Source of the DNA: Phoronis australis | Lineage: Eukaryota > Animalia > Phoronida | Length of the DNA: 64,000 bases | Direction of reading: 5' to 3' | NCBI GenBank assembly: GCA_002633005.1 | Contig: NMRA01000046.1 | Span: 808,144-872,143 of the forward strand | In this document: piece after piece, positions 26,820 through 40,800 of the stretch | Position numbering within the stretch: the stretch's first letter is position 1 | How the letters are laid out: each line of letters starts with the position of its first letter | Position numbers and translations under genes: made by a program | The notes under the pieces: generated by a model | What the model saw: only the letters and a program-made list of their open reading frames with translations | What the model was told of the DNA's origin: nothing | Database searches by the model: none

Positions 26820-29196
26820 AATAAAATTTAACAGTTTGATTTCTGTCAAAGAAGTACTCCGTTCATAAGCCCTGTTTATTTTAGGTTTAGAAAGACGTCT
26901 TGGTTACCCTGTATCAGCAGACGTCTTGGTTACCCTTAGCTGTATCGGTATGTTACAGAAAAAAATAAGCAAATCTACCTCAACAACACTACGTTAGTAT
27001 GCTAGGAAAGTAGTATTTTGTTGAATCCAAGAAAATTTGGTGACTGGAGGTACTTTTGGGACAAACAAAAAGTGGGTAAGTATTTGACAGCCAAGGGATA
27101 CTGTTGGTTACAGTTGAGGTAACGATCGTCGTGACCCTCTAATGCAACATCACAGCTAAGTATGTCTCCCTTCTGTTTAAAAATTTCTCTCTTTGGGAGA
27201 GCCAAAGATATAGTCTCGCCCGAAGCTCTGTTTCTAACAAAGCAGTGGTGATCTGTTGTTATTTTAGGAATTCGCGTAGGCACAGGGGCACAAATCGTAA
27301 AGCGATTTTTCTTCAAATCTTCTATAGGATTATTCCTTGCAGCTTGTTTTTCTAGAAAACATTGCCTTAATCAGAGAGTGAGTGTCGCTCTTGTCTCGTG
27401 TTTCTGAATAAAACCAAGTACCGGTATGAACATTGGGGTGATTCTATTACAACAAGCAGGCCGGCCCCCAGTAAGGGCATCATTAGGATTGTATGTTTTC
27501 CTCACGTGCAAGGAGGTGTTTCTGTTGAACCTGAGAGCTTTTGGTCGTCGGGTATTTTTGTTTTTACTTGTGTCGTACTTATTGCCATGAAAACGGTTGT
27601 CATTTGACTGATTGCTAATCTGACTGAATTACGTCATCTATCAACTCCCACGAGAGTGCCTTGGTGAATCCAATATCGGTGAAACGCCAACTAGAAATTG
27701 GAAGTGCTGAGCACGAGAAAGGGTGTAGAGAAAGGCAAATAGCTCATCAGGTGTAGCAGAGCATATACATGGTTAAAACAACGCAATAACTCGTAGTTTA
27801 ACTGCGGCGTCCACATGCGACATTCAGTAGAACAACATATGGATACTCGTCAATGAAACTGAGTGGACTAAAAGAACAACCAAGAAAGTTATGGACACGA
27901 AACTACACGGCAATGTCTTCGTGTAGATTAGTAAGCAGACGAGCTACACCAGATTAAATATTTGGCGACACCTGGGCCTGGACTGTATGGAAAATTTGTT
28001 TTGTGGTCTTCTATTACGTCACAAAAGAACGAGCTCAGTGAGTGGCCGGTGAAAAATTTGTTTCTTCAAGTCGGGGTTATCTTTGTTGCTGAATAGTAGG
28101 CGGAAGTGATGAGTGTATTGATTTGCGAATATTTCTTTGTGGTTTTTCTGTGAATTTTGCCCCTGAACTTACTCGAGAATCTGAGTACAAGTCAAACATG
28201 CGCCTATTTCGCCTTTTCGGAAATCGTTATGTGTGGGGTGGGTTATGGGCATTACTGACTGATTTGTAATGAACGACGCTGAGGTCAGTGAAGTACCGCT
28301 ATGCAAGAGGGACAGCAAAAAGTGGTTAATCTCATATAAAACCGTATTAACGCGAAATTTCACCCTATGGTGAAGACGTCACACCCTTAAATACAAAAAC
28401 AAACTTTTTCAACAGGTTCACCCAATATTTTGTATCTAAATAGACGCGTTTTCGGCAAAACTGGGAATGACTGAATGTTTTGTCGTCGGTTTCATTACTT
28501 TAACCAATGAGAAGCCATGATAAACAACATATCACACTGCTCGTACCTTTCGTAGCGCTGTGAAAGAGTAGGAACCAGCGAGCTGTGCCCCGTTCCATGA
28601 ACAACAGTGCCAACTAAGTTACATGCGCGCACCCAGCCTAAATTATAGGGGTATGCTGTTAACTTTTTACTGAAAAAAAAAAATCAGCGAGAACTAAAAA
28701 AAAAACAGGGCCACTAGGTTCAGGCCTACGGATTGTGCATCCCCGTCGAATTCCTGTGGGGCTTTGTGGCGGACTTTTGTCTCCTTTACGCATTCGAGCC
28801 CTCCGACCTCGCCCCCCCCGGGTGCGCCCACGAGTTACCTGAATCTCAGTTCTGCGTTTTTGTTTCATTCTTTATTTGCAGATGTGATATTTTTTGTCTC
28901 AATTATGAGCTCTTCTTTTGACTAATGACATTTTCTAATAAATAATTAAAATTGAGCCCCTAATTTCTTCTGAGTTACTGAGGGGCGTTTTATCAAAAGA
29001 TTCCTACTTATTTTCATTTATACTGAGAATTCAACGTAGACCTAGTGTTCACTCTCGATTTGTATCAAAGTCAAATTTTGATTTAGTAATGAGACTCAAG
29101 CAGCTGAAAAAAGGACAATCACAAATACGCAGTCAATTAGTCAACGTAGTTGCGTCCCTATTTGGGACTGTTTCATGCAACAGGCACACATTGCTC

Positions 29197-29385
29197 CACA
29201 GGCGGATTTAGGGGGGGGGGGGGGCTAGGGGGCCCGGGCCTCCCCTCCCCTTGGCTGCAGAAAAATTTCCTGGGCGGGAGGGGGCCACATTCGGTGCTAT
29301 GCGCATCTGCAATCGTGGATTGCGCAAATGCTTGCAGCCGGACAAAATGTTGGCCCCCCCTTGTGATATCATAGATCCGCCACTG
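29197..29385. mobile_element. Short MITE
   Basis: TIRs CACAGGCGGATTTA and TAGATCCGCCACTG, flanked by the direct repeat TGCTC. Confidence 0.7.
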
Positions 29386-31893
29386 TGCTCTTTCCGCCAA
29401 CAATCGAATTACAATGTCATTCCACTAAGGCCGCGGCTGTCAAGCACGCAATTCCTTCGGGTCAACTAAAGTGCAGCGTTTTTGATTCATTTATTGTTTA
29501 CTTTCGCATTTTAAAAACTAATAGACTTTGTCGGCGTTTGTTTGTTACGAGTATTCTGTTGACTGTTAATCATTCAGAGTCCAACAGCATGCGACGCTCC
29601 AGATACATAAAGTCAAATATAGCCCAGTCTGCATAACAAGGTTTACGTCACTTGCGCATTACGAGCCAGGACACGACCGACGTGCGAGTTAGCCGATCAG
29701 CAGATGGCACTTGTTGGACGCCCCGTGGTGTGAAAAAACATGGTCGGCCGGCAAACTTGGCTTTCCGTAACTGCTAATGAATGTTGAACGTAGCTTGGTT
29801 TGAAACCACTGTCGAAAATAATAGCAGATAACTAAACCTGAAAGTGCATCTGATAGGCTTTTCGCTTTTGTCGACATTGATCTTTCATCGAAGAGTACTC
29901 CGTCGGTCTGTGCACATGTGATCTATAGACAGATTCCATTACGGAAACTGCCGAATGCCTGCGGAGCGCCATATTGAGGTCACGCCATTAAAAATACTAA
30001 ATATCTGTGTGCTACCGCAAAAATTCCGTCGTCACCCTTGAAATTAATAAACTTCCGGGCTTATATAGAACCATCATGGCCGTGTATCGGTGTTGAATCA
30101 ATAGTCATGACTTTACGGTACGTCGTCAGCTAAAGGTGTTTGGGATTCTTATAGTATACATGGAATGCACTATTTTCTTTATGATGACTTCTTGCGAGAA
30201 TCAAACGGAATGATTGTAAGGTTCTGAAACGTGATTTATATAGGTGACAACTGTGAAACGCATGGGCTCCTTCATTTGTTTTTATGTTTTGCCCGCAGCA
30301 GGGCTCCGCCTTTATTTGCCAAAAAAGGTACAGTTGGTTATGGTAACTGTTTTTATTTTGGAAATGATACGATGTTTCTATTGTTGTCTGCGCGCTCTTT
30401 CAAAAAAGAAAAGCCAACTAACTCGAAGAAAACTGATACAGAACCTTTTTTCTTAAACCATCGCTTGGCGAATCATGGCGTCAGTTGCAAACCTGGATCG
30501 GTGCTTTGGTGCACTTTTTCAACAAAAAAAAGATAAAGTAGACACGAAAGCACGGGTGAAACTGATGCAGCGTTTTTTAGTCGGTGAATACCGGCAAGGT
30601 AGAGTTCAGTGGCTGTCGCGGCTCAGAGAAATATCTAGCCAAAATCACGTGCCCTCTTTTAGATTACACGGCTATATATCGCGTAATCTCTCGCCTTGTT
30701 TTCTAAAAGATCTAGCATTACTGAAATCTACCCAAGTTTCAAAAGGAGTAGTTTCGGTCTACACGCTGTCGGTTTCGTGCAAGCCCGGCCGACTGAAAAC
30801 ACCTTTCCTGACTTGCATTCTGTTGTTTTCCTTATATGTGGAAAGTCACATGACTTGACTAACTTGATAAAGTTCTTAACTTTATCACTTTGAAAACGCT
30901 ATAGAGAGTATCGGTGCATGAAACACCGTTTGGTAATTATTTTGCTATTATTCTGTACTTAATGAGTTATTCTCTAATACAAAGACAAGGGTAAATCTAT
31001 CACCTGCGAAATGCACGCAGTGATGACTCTCGTGTCAATTCCACATCATATGATCAACTAGGAAGATGTGAATGATTAGGGGACCAACATTACAAAAATC
31101 CCTCGTTTGGTTTCAAGTCCAGATTACAGCTGTTAATTTGAGGCTAATCTAGCTATTGGTCTAGTGTATTGTGAAGCTTTCCTGTGCTATTTTGTTCGGC
31201 AGGTCAAGGTTCAAATAGTTACTAAAACAAACCAGAAGACCGACACCCACGCATCTCTTTTGGTTATTTTTATCCTCATTTCTTCGGGCAAAATGATCCA
31301 AACTTGAATTTTTGGAGGAATTCAACTTCAGACAAGCAGCTCCAAAAGTCCCAGTTTCGGTCCACAAGCCAGTGTTTTATTGCTGGGACTAGCCATAACT
31401 GTACCAGTACTATTGGCGGCAATTCATTTAGTCCACGCAGTAGGACCTTCGATCAGATTCTCTGATGAACATCCTTCTTGACGCCAGTGGGAATTGTNGC
31501 TCGAACGAAGTGGGCAAAAGGTCCTCCTCAAAGAAACAAAAACTACAAAAAAGTAGATAACGAGACAAAATTAAAAGTCCATAAAAAAGGCAGGAGCTAC
31601 CACTAATTCGGCGCAAATCTAAGTGAAAGGTCCGCATTTCAAAAATTCGAGCCCCCCATTTTTAGGCTGGGTGCTCGCATGCATTTTCGCAAGGCCCTAG
31701 CATTATTAGGCTTAGACAACGTACGTGGGCCTATCTGCTATGATTTTTGTCTGCTCGCGAGAACGGAATCAACCCCAGGTGTCGCAATTTGTCATTCATC
31801 CGGGCATTTCTACTAGTGTTCCGCCATTTTAAGCGTTGTTGGTTGGCGTTCTTTTCTCCGTCTTTGTTTGAAGATCTGTCATATCGAGTGAGA

Positions 31894-34800
31894 ATGGGAA
31901 GAAAAAAGAAGAAGCAGTCGAAACCTTGGTGTTGGTATCCTTTGAATGATGAAAATATTTTCAAGCAAATTTTGCGTCGTGTCTCGTTAAATCTCTTCGT
32001 TCCGTCCACGACCAAGTCGGTAGTCGGTAGATAGACGCACAGGCGCTTGAGTTTATCTGTTACTCGATCGCAAATGACGTCACTCACTACTAAGGAAACA
32101 TAAAGGTTGGGCACTCAAAATCTGTTTGCTCAGAATTTTCTACTCAAATGAGCATGGAACTCCACGAAACTAGCATCGAACAATTCTTTGAATACCTTCT
32201 TTCATTTGATCTCTTCAAATTGCCTTCGAGTGGTGATTTGTCATTTGACGACAAAAAATGTTAAATTCAAGGACCTTATTTTGTGACAGATGACCTTCGA
32301 GCATTTGGGTTTTTGGCGGATCTACAGCAAAATCCGGCAATTACCGATGATGATTTACCGCGACTAAGCGTGTGGTCAGACATTGGAAATGTCCGCCAAA
32401 AACCGAGTGTTCGTTGTGCTTCAACAAAGAATACCACATAATGTCAAGATCAAACACAAGATACACCAATTCTTGCTATTAAATTCTAGGTTAAAGGTTA
32501 AAATGAGCTATAAGGAGAAACAAATTACACATAAATGGAAGGTTAATTTTAATAACCTCAATCATTGAAATTGGGGATAATTTTCTTGACTTTGACATAG
32601 GGGTTGCTTGCTTAAATTCGGAATTTTATCTTCGACAGACGAACAAGTTTAAGCACAACTGAAATCCGCCATGTTAACTATTTTAGGTCCTTGAATTCAA
32701 ATTGTTGAGTTTGTTTCGAAAATTTCGTCGCCAATTCACCACTCACAAGGATAATTTAATGAAATCAAGGAAGAATAAGGCTTCGGAGATTCATGCAATA
32801 CCAGTCTGAGAAAGATACATGGAAATTTTATTTGGATTTGGGACAGTTGAAGTTGGGAGTCTCGGCTTGGCAAAGTTTTAGTGTCCAACCTTTATGTTTC
32901 TTGTATATGGTTTTGAGTCATCGGAAAATTCGAGCGCCTCAACGTTGGCGTTCCCATTTGCAAAGGCTTTGGCCTTAAATGGTGTTGGAACTGGAAATAT
33001 GCACAGTGAAAGTGTAGAATCAAGTGCCATACACCTAGCCTTTTTTACAAAGCTGTATACTAAATATACAATTTTGCACCGGTGTGGGTAAAAATGACTA
33101 AATAAAAGCTGACACATAATTAGTGTCATTAAAAACTACACTTTTCCTTGAGTACACTGAATTATTTACAAGTGCAATGTTGGAAAAAATAGCGTTCTTC
33201 TGAATATTCTGCTGTTAATGTTGTGGAGCGATCTTTTGCGTTGGCTTTCAACGCCATGAAATATTGCGTCACCTATTGACCAGTTTCATTTTTCTTCAAT
33301 CAGCCGTTCTTCTTTCATGAAGTTGCGTGCATGCCACAACAAATTATTGGAATTGGTTTCGTTTGGTTTTTAGTATTTTGATACCAGCAAACTGAATTTC
33401 AGAACAAATTGGGCTGCTGCGAAGCTGTTGTCATCTTTCAAGAGATGTCACAAAAACTCAGGAAATGGCATATGTCACGAGTGTACTGTTTTCAAAACGA
33501 CGACATACTTTTCTTTGTTACTAACGGCGGAGAATTACGCAAGAAACTGATGTTTATTAGATTATGTTTTACTTAAATGGCTGTAACAGGCAAGGCGAGT
33601 GTCAGTTGACTCCCAGATTTTGCATGCATCCTTGTCGGTCTTTAGCTCTGCATATTTATACAAGTTTCACGGCGTGGTGACTAGCAGAACTACCCCGGCT
33701 GTGTGCAATTTGGAGGTCTGTCTGCACTGAACACACAATGGTACCTAGCTGTATTTTGACAATAGTCTTCATACAGCTAGCTAGCTGGCTGCCATACGCA
33801 TCGCACTCGAATTGTTCATCAAACATTAATGCGCACGCGTCGAAATTGCAATTTCGTGAAAACGTTTATTTTAAGAAATAATATGGCGAATATAACTGCA
33901 CAGAAATGTAGCCCTTAGAATTTAGAACTTGTTCACTCAAGGATTCAACCTTTTTAGTCGGTAAACCCTGGTAAAAGTGGAGTAAATGGGTCCCTCTTCA
34001 AAATGGCTGCCGATAACGAGTTTTCACTGAATAACGAACATTGCCGGTATCTATTTTGAAAAGGGGCCCTGTTTACTCCACGTTTATCAGTAAACCAACC
34101 CTTGAAAGTTTAGAATCAAGTGCCGTACATAACACACTCGAATTGCACATCAAATAATGTGCACACGTTGAAATTGAAACAAGGGCCAGGACTTGTCTTT
34201 CAGCAGATTAGTTTTGAGTCGTTAAGAAATTCTCTAACCTCTGTTTCTGGGGCTGAGCATGTACCTAGACAGGAGTCATCTGTCACTCACATGTTGCTGG
34301 CAATGTAATGTGTACTCCAGCCATTCAAGTATGGGAACTTAGCGTGCATACCACTCCAAAGCCGCACATCAGAAGCGAACAGAGATAGTCCTAAATAAAA
34401 AGAGTACAAGCTTTTCTGTGTCAAGCACCCAGGTGTTTATTTAATAATGAACCCTGGTACTTTACAATGTTCACCGGGCCCGATGTTCCCGACACAATGT
34501 TCCATGCTTCTGTAACTAAACTGGTAAGCATGAAATTGTGGTTGGAGAACATTTATTCGAATAACCCGATAATAGAAATCTGTTGGGATTCAGAAGTATT
34601 TCAAGGATTTTGAAGAACTAATCATTGAATATGTAAACAACACAAGTTACAAGAATTTTTCTTGTGTCATTCAGCCATGGGAATGTTGTGGGGTTTTCGA
34701 AAGAATAATTCCCAATCGCTGGAGTTCCAAATTTTGGACAGCAAGCAAAAGGAAGTAGTTTGTTGCACTTAGAGTTATCGATCTTTGACGACTTTGATGA

Positions 34801-37800
34801 CAGTCATTAGGCAGTTAAATCCTAGAAAAGTCACAGGTATTTTTCCTATGCGTATTTTCTCCTGTTTCAAGTTGCATACTTAGCTACTCGAATGCATGTG
34901 TCGATTAGAGTGCTCATTCAACCATTCGCGTCGGCAACTAAGTCGCTCCCAATAAAGTGGCCTGCAATGGTTGGAAATCGCACGCCCGTTCAAGTTCTTC
35001 ACTTCATTTGTCACAATGTAAATCATTGCCAATATTCAGGATACCAACTTCGTTCACCGGTAAGCCCCCGGTGTCATTTTCGTTAAAATGTCTTGTACTG
35101 ACTGTGACCTTTTGTCTAAACGAATCGCATAAAGTTAACATCTATTTGCTCAGTTCGAGCACACTGCGTCAATGTTTTTTGTTGCTGGAGCTTTGAGACT
35201 CCCATCAAAATTAACTTTACATTCAGGATGGAAATACTAGAGGGAAGAGAAACTTTTGAACTCTACAAAAAGCTGGGAAATGATAGAGTGCAACTACTGC
35301 GCTCTGAAGATTTGCTCGCCATCAGGGTGACCAGCCAGTGAACTTCTACTCACCCAGCACCATTTTTAGTCGCATTGGTGACTGGGCGAGTGGCTAAGTA
35401 TATCCCTGTCTGGCCTGTCATAACATAACCACAATCATATCATCACCACAAGGCTTAGATCACCTAAAAACAGCAACCGTAGATAAGACGTAGAATCTAA
35501 AACTATTTTCTATCAAACAGGCTCCCAACAAATCACTAACAGTTATTGTATCTTTTGATGGCACTTAAAAGCATCCTGCTTTTAATGTTTGCTTCAAATT
35601 TGTGATTAAATATCAGAAATTTGTCTAAACTTGATGCATCCCTCTTTTGCACCTAACTGATGTTAATGGTCAAATTCAAACATGCAATAGCAGCTGCCAA
35701 TTCATCTAGGCCGCAAAGTTTAATAACGGGGAAGTGATAGCATATTGCACGAAACTGAATCCTCCTCAGACATGGAATCCTGCTAGTTTTTCACATGAAC
35801 AATGCTGAGAAAATGTATTTGATAAATACGTGCTCCTTTGCTTAGTCATTACAAATCGGTTTTCCTCATTACATGGGATGACTAGATAAGAGTTTTTGGC
35901 ATATCATCATGCCTTTGCATACCTTCATAAACCTGTGGTAAGCAATCCCTGAGCAGTTTTTCTGTGTCTTCGCAGCAATCAAATGTCCCACTGAAATTCA
36001 AACAATACTGTGAAAATTGGGGTTAGGCACAACAAACTTTGTTGTGTCATGGAAGCTAGATGATCTTCAAACTGCATTTCTTAACTGCTGTGCCAGGTAT
36101 TGTAACCGTGAATTTGATGATGAGAAGATCCTAATCCAGCACCAGAAAGCCAAACACTTTAAATGCCACATCTGTCACAAGAAGCTGTATACTGGACCTG
36201 GCCTGTCTATCCACTGTATGCAGGTATGTTAAAATACAAGCCTATACTGAACCTGGTCTGTCTATCCACTGTATGCAGGTATGTTAAGATACCAACCTAT
36301 ACTGGACCTGGTTTGTCTATCTGGTATGTTAAGATACAAGCCTGTACTAAACCTGGTCTGTCTATCCACTATATGCAGGTATGTTAAGATACAAACCTAC
36401 ACTGGACCTGAGCTGTCTATCCACTGTATGCAGGTATGTTAAAGGAGAATGTCACCCAAGTCTTTTTTACCGTCGTAATCGGTCTATATCCACATCGCCT
36501 CTTATACAGTTGACCTCACATTGCCGAGAGGTGTCGCGTTAAAGTGTGAGGAAGGTGAGAAACGACGCAGCGACGTCAGTGATTCGTCTGCAGAGTTAAT
36601 GCCGCTGTATTGCTGTGCATCGTTCCCGCTTGTCCGAACTATGAAGCTGTGAAGAAAGCGGGTATATCGTTTTTTTCGACTTCCTAGAGCCTGAAATGCT
36701 TAGGAAGTGGCTCACGGTAGTAAAGAATGAAAGGTACGCTGTTAATAGCAAGTATGAGGCCGTGAAACATCTCCGTGTCTGTGGCAGGCATTTCGTCGAC
36801 AGTGATTTCTCTGACAAATTCGGGCTTACCAAAGAACTATCCATACGTTCCGTTGTCTGTGCATGGTCACGGCGACTCTCTAGTGTATCTTAATCAGTGT
36901 ATTCCGGTTCGAATTGATACCCTGTGAAACCTATGATCCGACCCGTGAAGTCTTCGTCGGATGAACTCTTGACTAAGTCGGGATTGGTGCCGTGCGAGTT
37001 GCTATGTATTCCGCATTCTGTTTCAAAATGAATTATTCTCATCCTAACCAATGCTTATATAAAACTGAAAAAAGTCTGTCTCATTAGATACAATTTTTAA
37101 TGCCTTTGCAGTATTCGTGAGTAAATGTTGAGAAGCCAGCAATGAATAAACCACTGCGTTACGGGCTTTTGATGCCAGCAATGAATAAAGGTAATTAACC
37201 GGGCACTGAGGCCGTGTGACTAATTCAGTGTTTGCTGACAGAAAGCTGTTGTGAAACAGTTACTCGATTTTATATGCTATGGTCTTAGTTAGAGGAATCT
37301 TTATTTCAGGGCTTGGAATTTTCCGCGGAAACGCGGATTTCCGCTTTTTTCAAATGTTCTTTCCGCGCATTTTATTATACTTCCGCGTAAAAAAAATCGG
37401 ATTTGATATAAAATTTCCGCGGCAAAGTCCTTTCTTATCGCGGCGTTGCAAACGACGTTCACCTCGAAAAGCGGAAGTTGCTCTTTATGTTTCGGAGGAA
37501 CGTAAATTGTCAACATTGCCAGGGCATCTGGGATAGCGTGGTGGGATTTTCAATGGCGTCTCGTGTTATTGTAAACCACGGCGACAAATACTACGGCTCT
37601 GCAGCCAAAAGTTAGTGGATTGGGAGTGGACGGGCGACCTAAAAGGACGCAGACGCATGTTACTGATGGTGGTAACGTTTTTTTTTGTTCTTTTTTTCAT
37701 TTTTTTTAGTCCCGATTTTTGTCGGGGAAAGGTTTACTTTGACCACTTCAAGGCTGGGTAGCGCGCGCATGATTTGAGCTGTAAAAGTTTCCGCGTTTTT

Positions 37801-40800
37801 TGTCATTGGTCATTCCAAGCCCTGTTATTTAGAAATACAGATACATTATTCAAATCATTGTTAATGTACAACCTTTGCCCTGACGGTCTGTGGAAGGGGA
37901 ACCCGACTTCGCGGCCCCCGACAAGTAATTAGATTTTCAGTTTCGTGGCTAATTCACGTAAATAATTACGTGCACATTATTTCTATGGCTCACTATTATC
38001 AGTGTTGTAGTGGGGCGTAGGCGCAGCCAACCACCTTTTGGCATGTGAACGTAGCGCCTACGCACCGTAAGTTACGTTCTATGCTCAAGGTGATACGGTG
38101 GGCTTTCGGCGCCTACTTACCTCTACTTTTGCCACTACAGCACTGACTGTTATAGTGTTTTCGTGGCTGGAGGTTTAGTTTCCAACTCAAGCTGGTTTAT
38201 GTTCTTGCCTGCCCCTGCGGCTGCGACGGACCTGATCGGGTTCCAAGCCACTGGACAGGATAACGAGTCAGTCCGGCCGCAACGGGCCTGATTGGGTTCG
38301 AGCCACTGGCCGGGATAACAAGCGTTTTGTGTGTTTAGAACACAAAAAATCACAAGTCTAAACAACACAGATCTTGGTTCTCTTGTCTGTATTTCACAAA
38401 TAATACTTCGAATTTATCTCCAAACAGACCCCAAACTCCTGCTACGGACCTTGGTAAATTGGCTTGCTGACCTTTGTAGGCTATGGTGTGTCCAAATACC
38501 AAATGAATAAATCCGTAATATCGAAATAAAACAACACGTTTTTATAAGAACTCGGTGTATTTTTAAGGGTTTTACATCGAAGTTTGGTGATTTATTGATA
38601 TTAAATGATGAATTCAAGCGATAAGCTGACACCAGTAACCCGTGTTGGGAACTGCTGAACAGACTGCGTGTGAAACAAATGATGTCGTTGGATAATATCA
38701 ACACCTCTGTTTGCCGTCAGGTGTCGGGAAACGCAACCGAATGTGCCGTTATCGAGTAGAACTACACGATCTAAGTTGATACTAAACAGATTGTTTTTTG
38801 GGTGGCATTCTCCTTTAAGATACCAACCTATACTGGACCTGGTCAGTCTATCCACTATATGCAGGTATGTTAAGATACCAACCTATACTGGACCTGGTTT
38901 GTCTATCCACTGTATTCAGGCATGTTAAAATACAAGCCTATACTGAACCTGGTCTGCCTATACACTATTTGATAGTTATTTCATTATAGAGCATGTTGGA
39001 GTAAATGCGCTTTTTGACTCAACTTGTTCCAGGTTCACAAGGAGAAAGTGGACTCGGTGCCTAATGCATTGCCAAACAGAAACAATGTGGACATTGAAAT
39101 CTATGGAATGGAAGGAATACCTCAGGGAGACATAGAAGAACATGAGAAACAAAAGAAAGGCGGAGGTGGAGGTAAAATGTAGACCTGTTTGAATGTGACT
39201 AGAATGTCTATCAGCCAGAAATATACATATGTTTGTAGTGGAGGTGCTGCTGCCAAATTATTGTGGTGTGTGTGTGCGTGTGCGTGTGTTATTACATGGC
39301 GAGGCTATTGTTTCCCTCATCCAGACCCTGAGTGGGATTTGGAGCAATTGTCACTTAAGGGGTGTCAAACCCGAGAGTGACAAATTCTGCAGATTCCACG
39401 AAGGGTCAAGTTGTTGCAAAGAACTGCCAAGAACCTGTAAATCCCACCTAATGCGCAATTAAATCTACGAATCTCACTAAAAATGAAAATATTTAAGTTT
39501 AGTTATGCTAGATGTCGAGTCATTCTTATACGGCACAATGGATGAAACCAGACACATGATCATGTTCTATAGAACATTGCTGCATATCTTTCATGTTTCA
39601 TTCCAAATTCTTTGCCCCCAGGAGAATAGGTTTGCTCCAGTTATTTACTGTTCAGGGTTGCTTTGGGACATAAAATGTTCTTATTCTGTTGCAGCTAGCT
39701 GGCTGGCACTGTGATATGATGCAGTATTTTGAACCGTGCTTTATTTATTGTCAACAGGTGAACCTAGCAATAAAAAGGCTCGGCTGGATGACAGCGATGA
39801 AGACAGTCAACCAGCCATGCCCAGTCAGCCGTTAGCGCCTCCAGTGCCACCCATGACTGGTCCAGGCATGCCACCGATGCCACCTATGGGCATGATGGGT
39901 CCTATGATGGGACCAATGGGGCCTATGGGACCAATGCCACCGATGGGTCCAATGGGTCAGTACATTGTTTCAAACTAGTTCTATTTTGTTTGATGAATTT
40001 TTCAGCAAGTGATTATTGATTCACACCAAATAAAATGTGATTTTTTGGTGTGTTTATTCAAAGTTACAATAATATGGTACAAATACAGTTACCTCATCAT
40101 TAGATTTGGGTAGAGTTTTTTCCAAATGAGACTGAAATCGCACACCACCTCTGGTTACACACCACCACATATACCCAAAGCCCTCCCTCAGCTTAGAGGA
40201 CGAAGGGAAGGAATTTTGTGGCCTGGTGAGGGGACTTTTTGCTTGACTTGAAACAGGGGAATTGGGATGATGTTTGGGTCCAAAATAAAGACGTTGAGGT
40301 CCATAGTAGCTTAAGGTATGGTCAAGTAATTTGTCATTAAGATACTTAAACGACTTTCAGTGATATACAGTAAACTTGTTGGAGGATAAGACAACAAAGT
40401 AATTGAATTTAGTATGTATGAAAAATGGTTCTCTTACGTGTTGATTACATCTTTGATGCTCTAGCCTGCACAACATCCAATGATAAGTTAATGTTGCTTT
40501 TTGGGCCATTCACCAGTTCAAGAAGAGTTATATAGTTTTACCTTTTTCATTTCTCCGCAGGTCCTATGAGACCAATGGGTCCAATGGGTGGTATGATGGC
40601 ACCCATGATGGGTCCTATGCCTCCTCGTCTACCTCCGGGTATGAGGCCACCTCCGCACACACAGATGAATCCTGTATCCACGCAGAGTGGTCCCACAAGA
40701 ATGTTATTCCCAGCTGCTGGTCAGGTTAGTCTAAATGTGGTGTATGGTGATCATAATCTTTTGACACCGTTTTGTTAATGCAAAATCAAAAATCATTTCC

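Larger units (their letters stand above)
31935..36096 (+). other. U12-type (minor spliceosome) GT-AG intron, ZNF207 intron 1
   Basis: Donor TG|GTATCCTTT. U12 branch TTTCTTAAC at 36077-36085 has its branch A about 12 nt from CAG|, with no polypyrimidine tract. Splicing restores the conserved KPWCW-YC. Confidence 0.92.
36443..38814 (+). mobile_element. Kolobok-like DNA transposon, non-autonomous, with decayed THAP domain
   Basis: TTAA flanks both ends (36439-36442, 38815-38818). TIRs are AGGAGAATGTCACCCA and TGGGTGGCATTCTCCT. It interrupts a minisatellite unit exactly at its TTAA. Confidence 0.8.
36188..38970 (+). repeat. 55-bp minisatellite made from the ZNF207 exon 2/intron 2 junction (about 8 units, split by the transposon)
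   Basis: Unit TATACTGGACCTGGYCTGTCTATCCACTGTATGCAGGTATGTTAARATACAAGCC starts at 36188, 36243, 36298, 36343 and 36398, with three more units after 38819. Confidence 0.9.

Noticed and set aside
30231-30893. Overlapping ORFs of 65-127 aa upstream of ZNF207
   Set aside because: They show no recognisable domains or splice structure and are likely repeat-derived or chance ORFs.
28620-31715. Inverted pair CATGCG.GCACCCAGCCTAAA at 28622 and 31661 as the ends of one 3-kb transposon
   Set aside because: No TSD or clear termini were found; they could be two independent repeat fragments.
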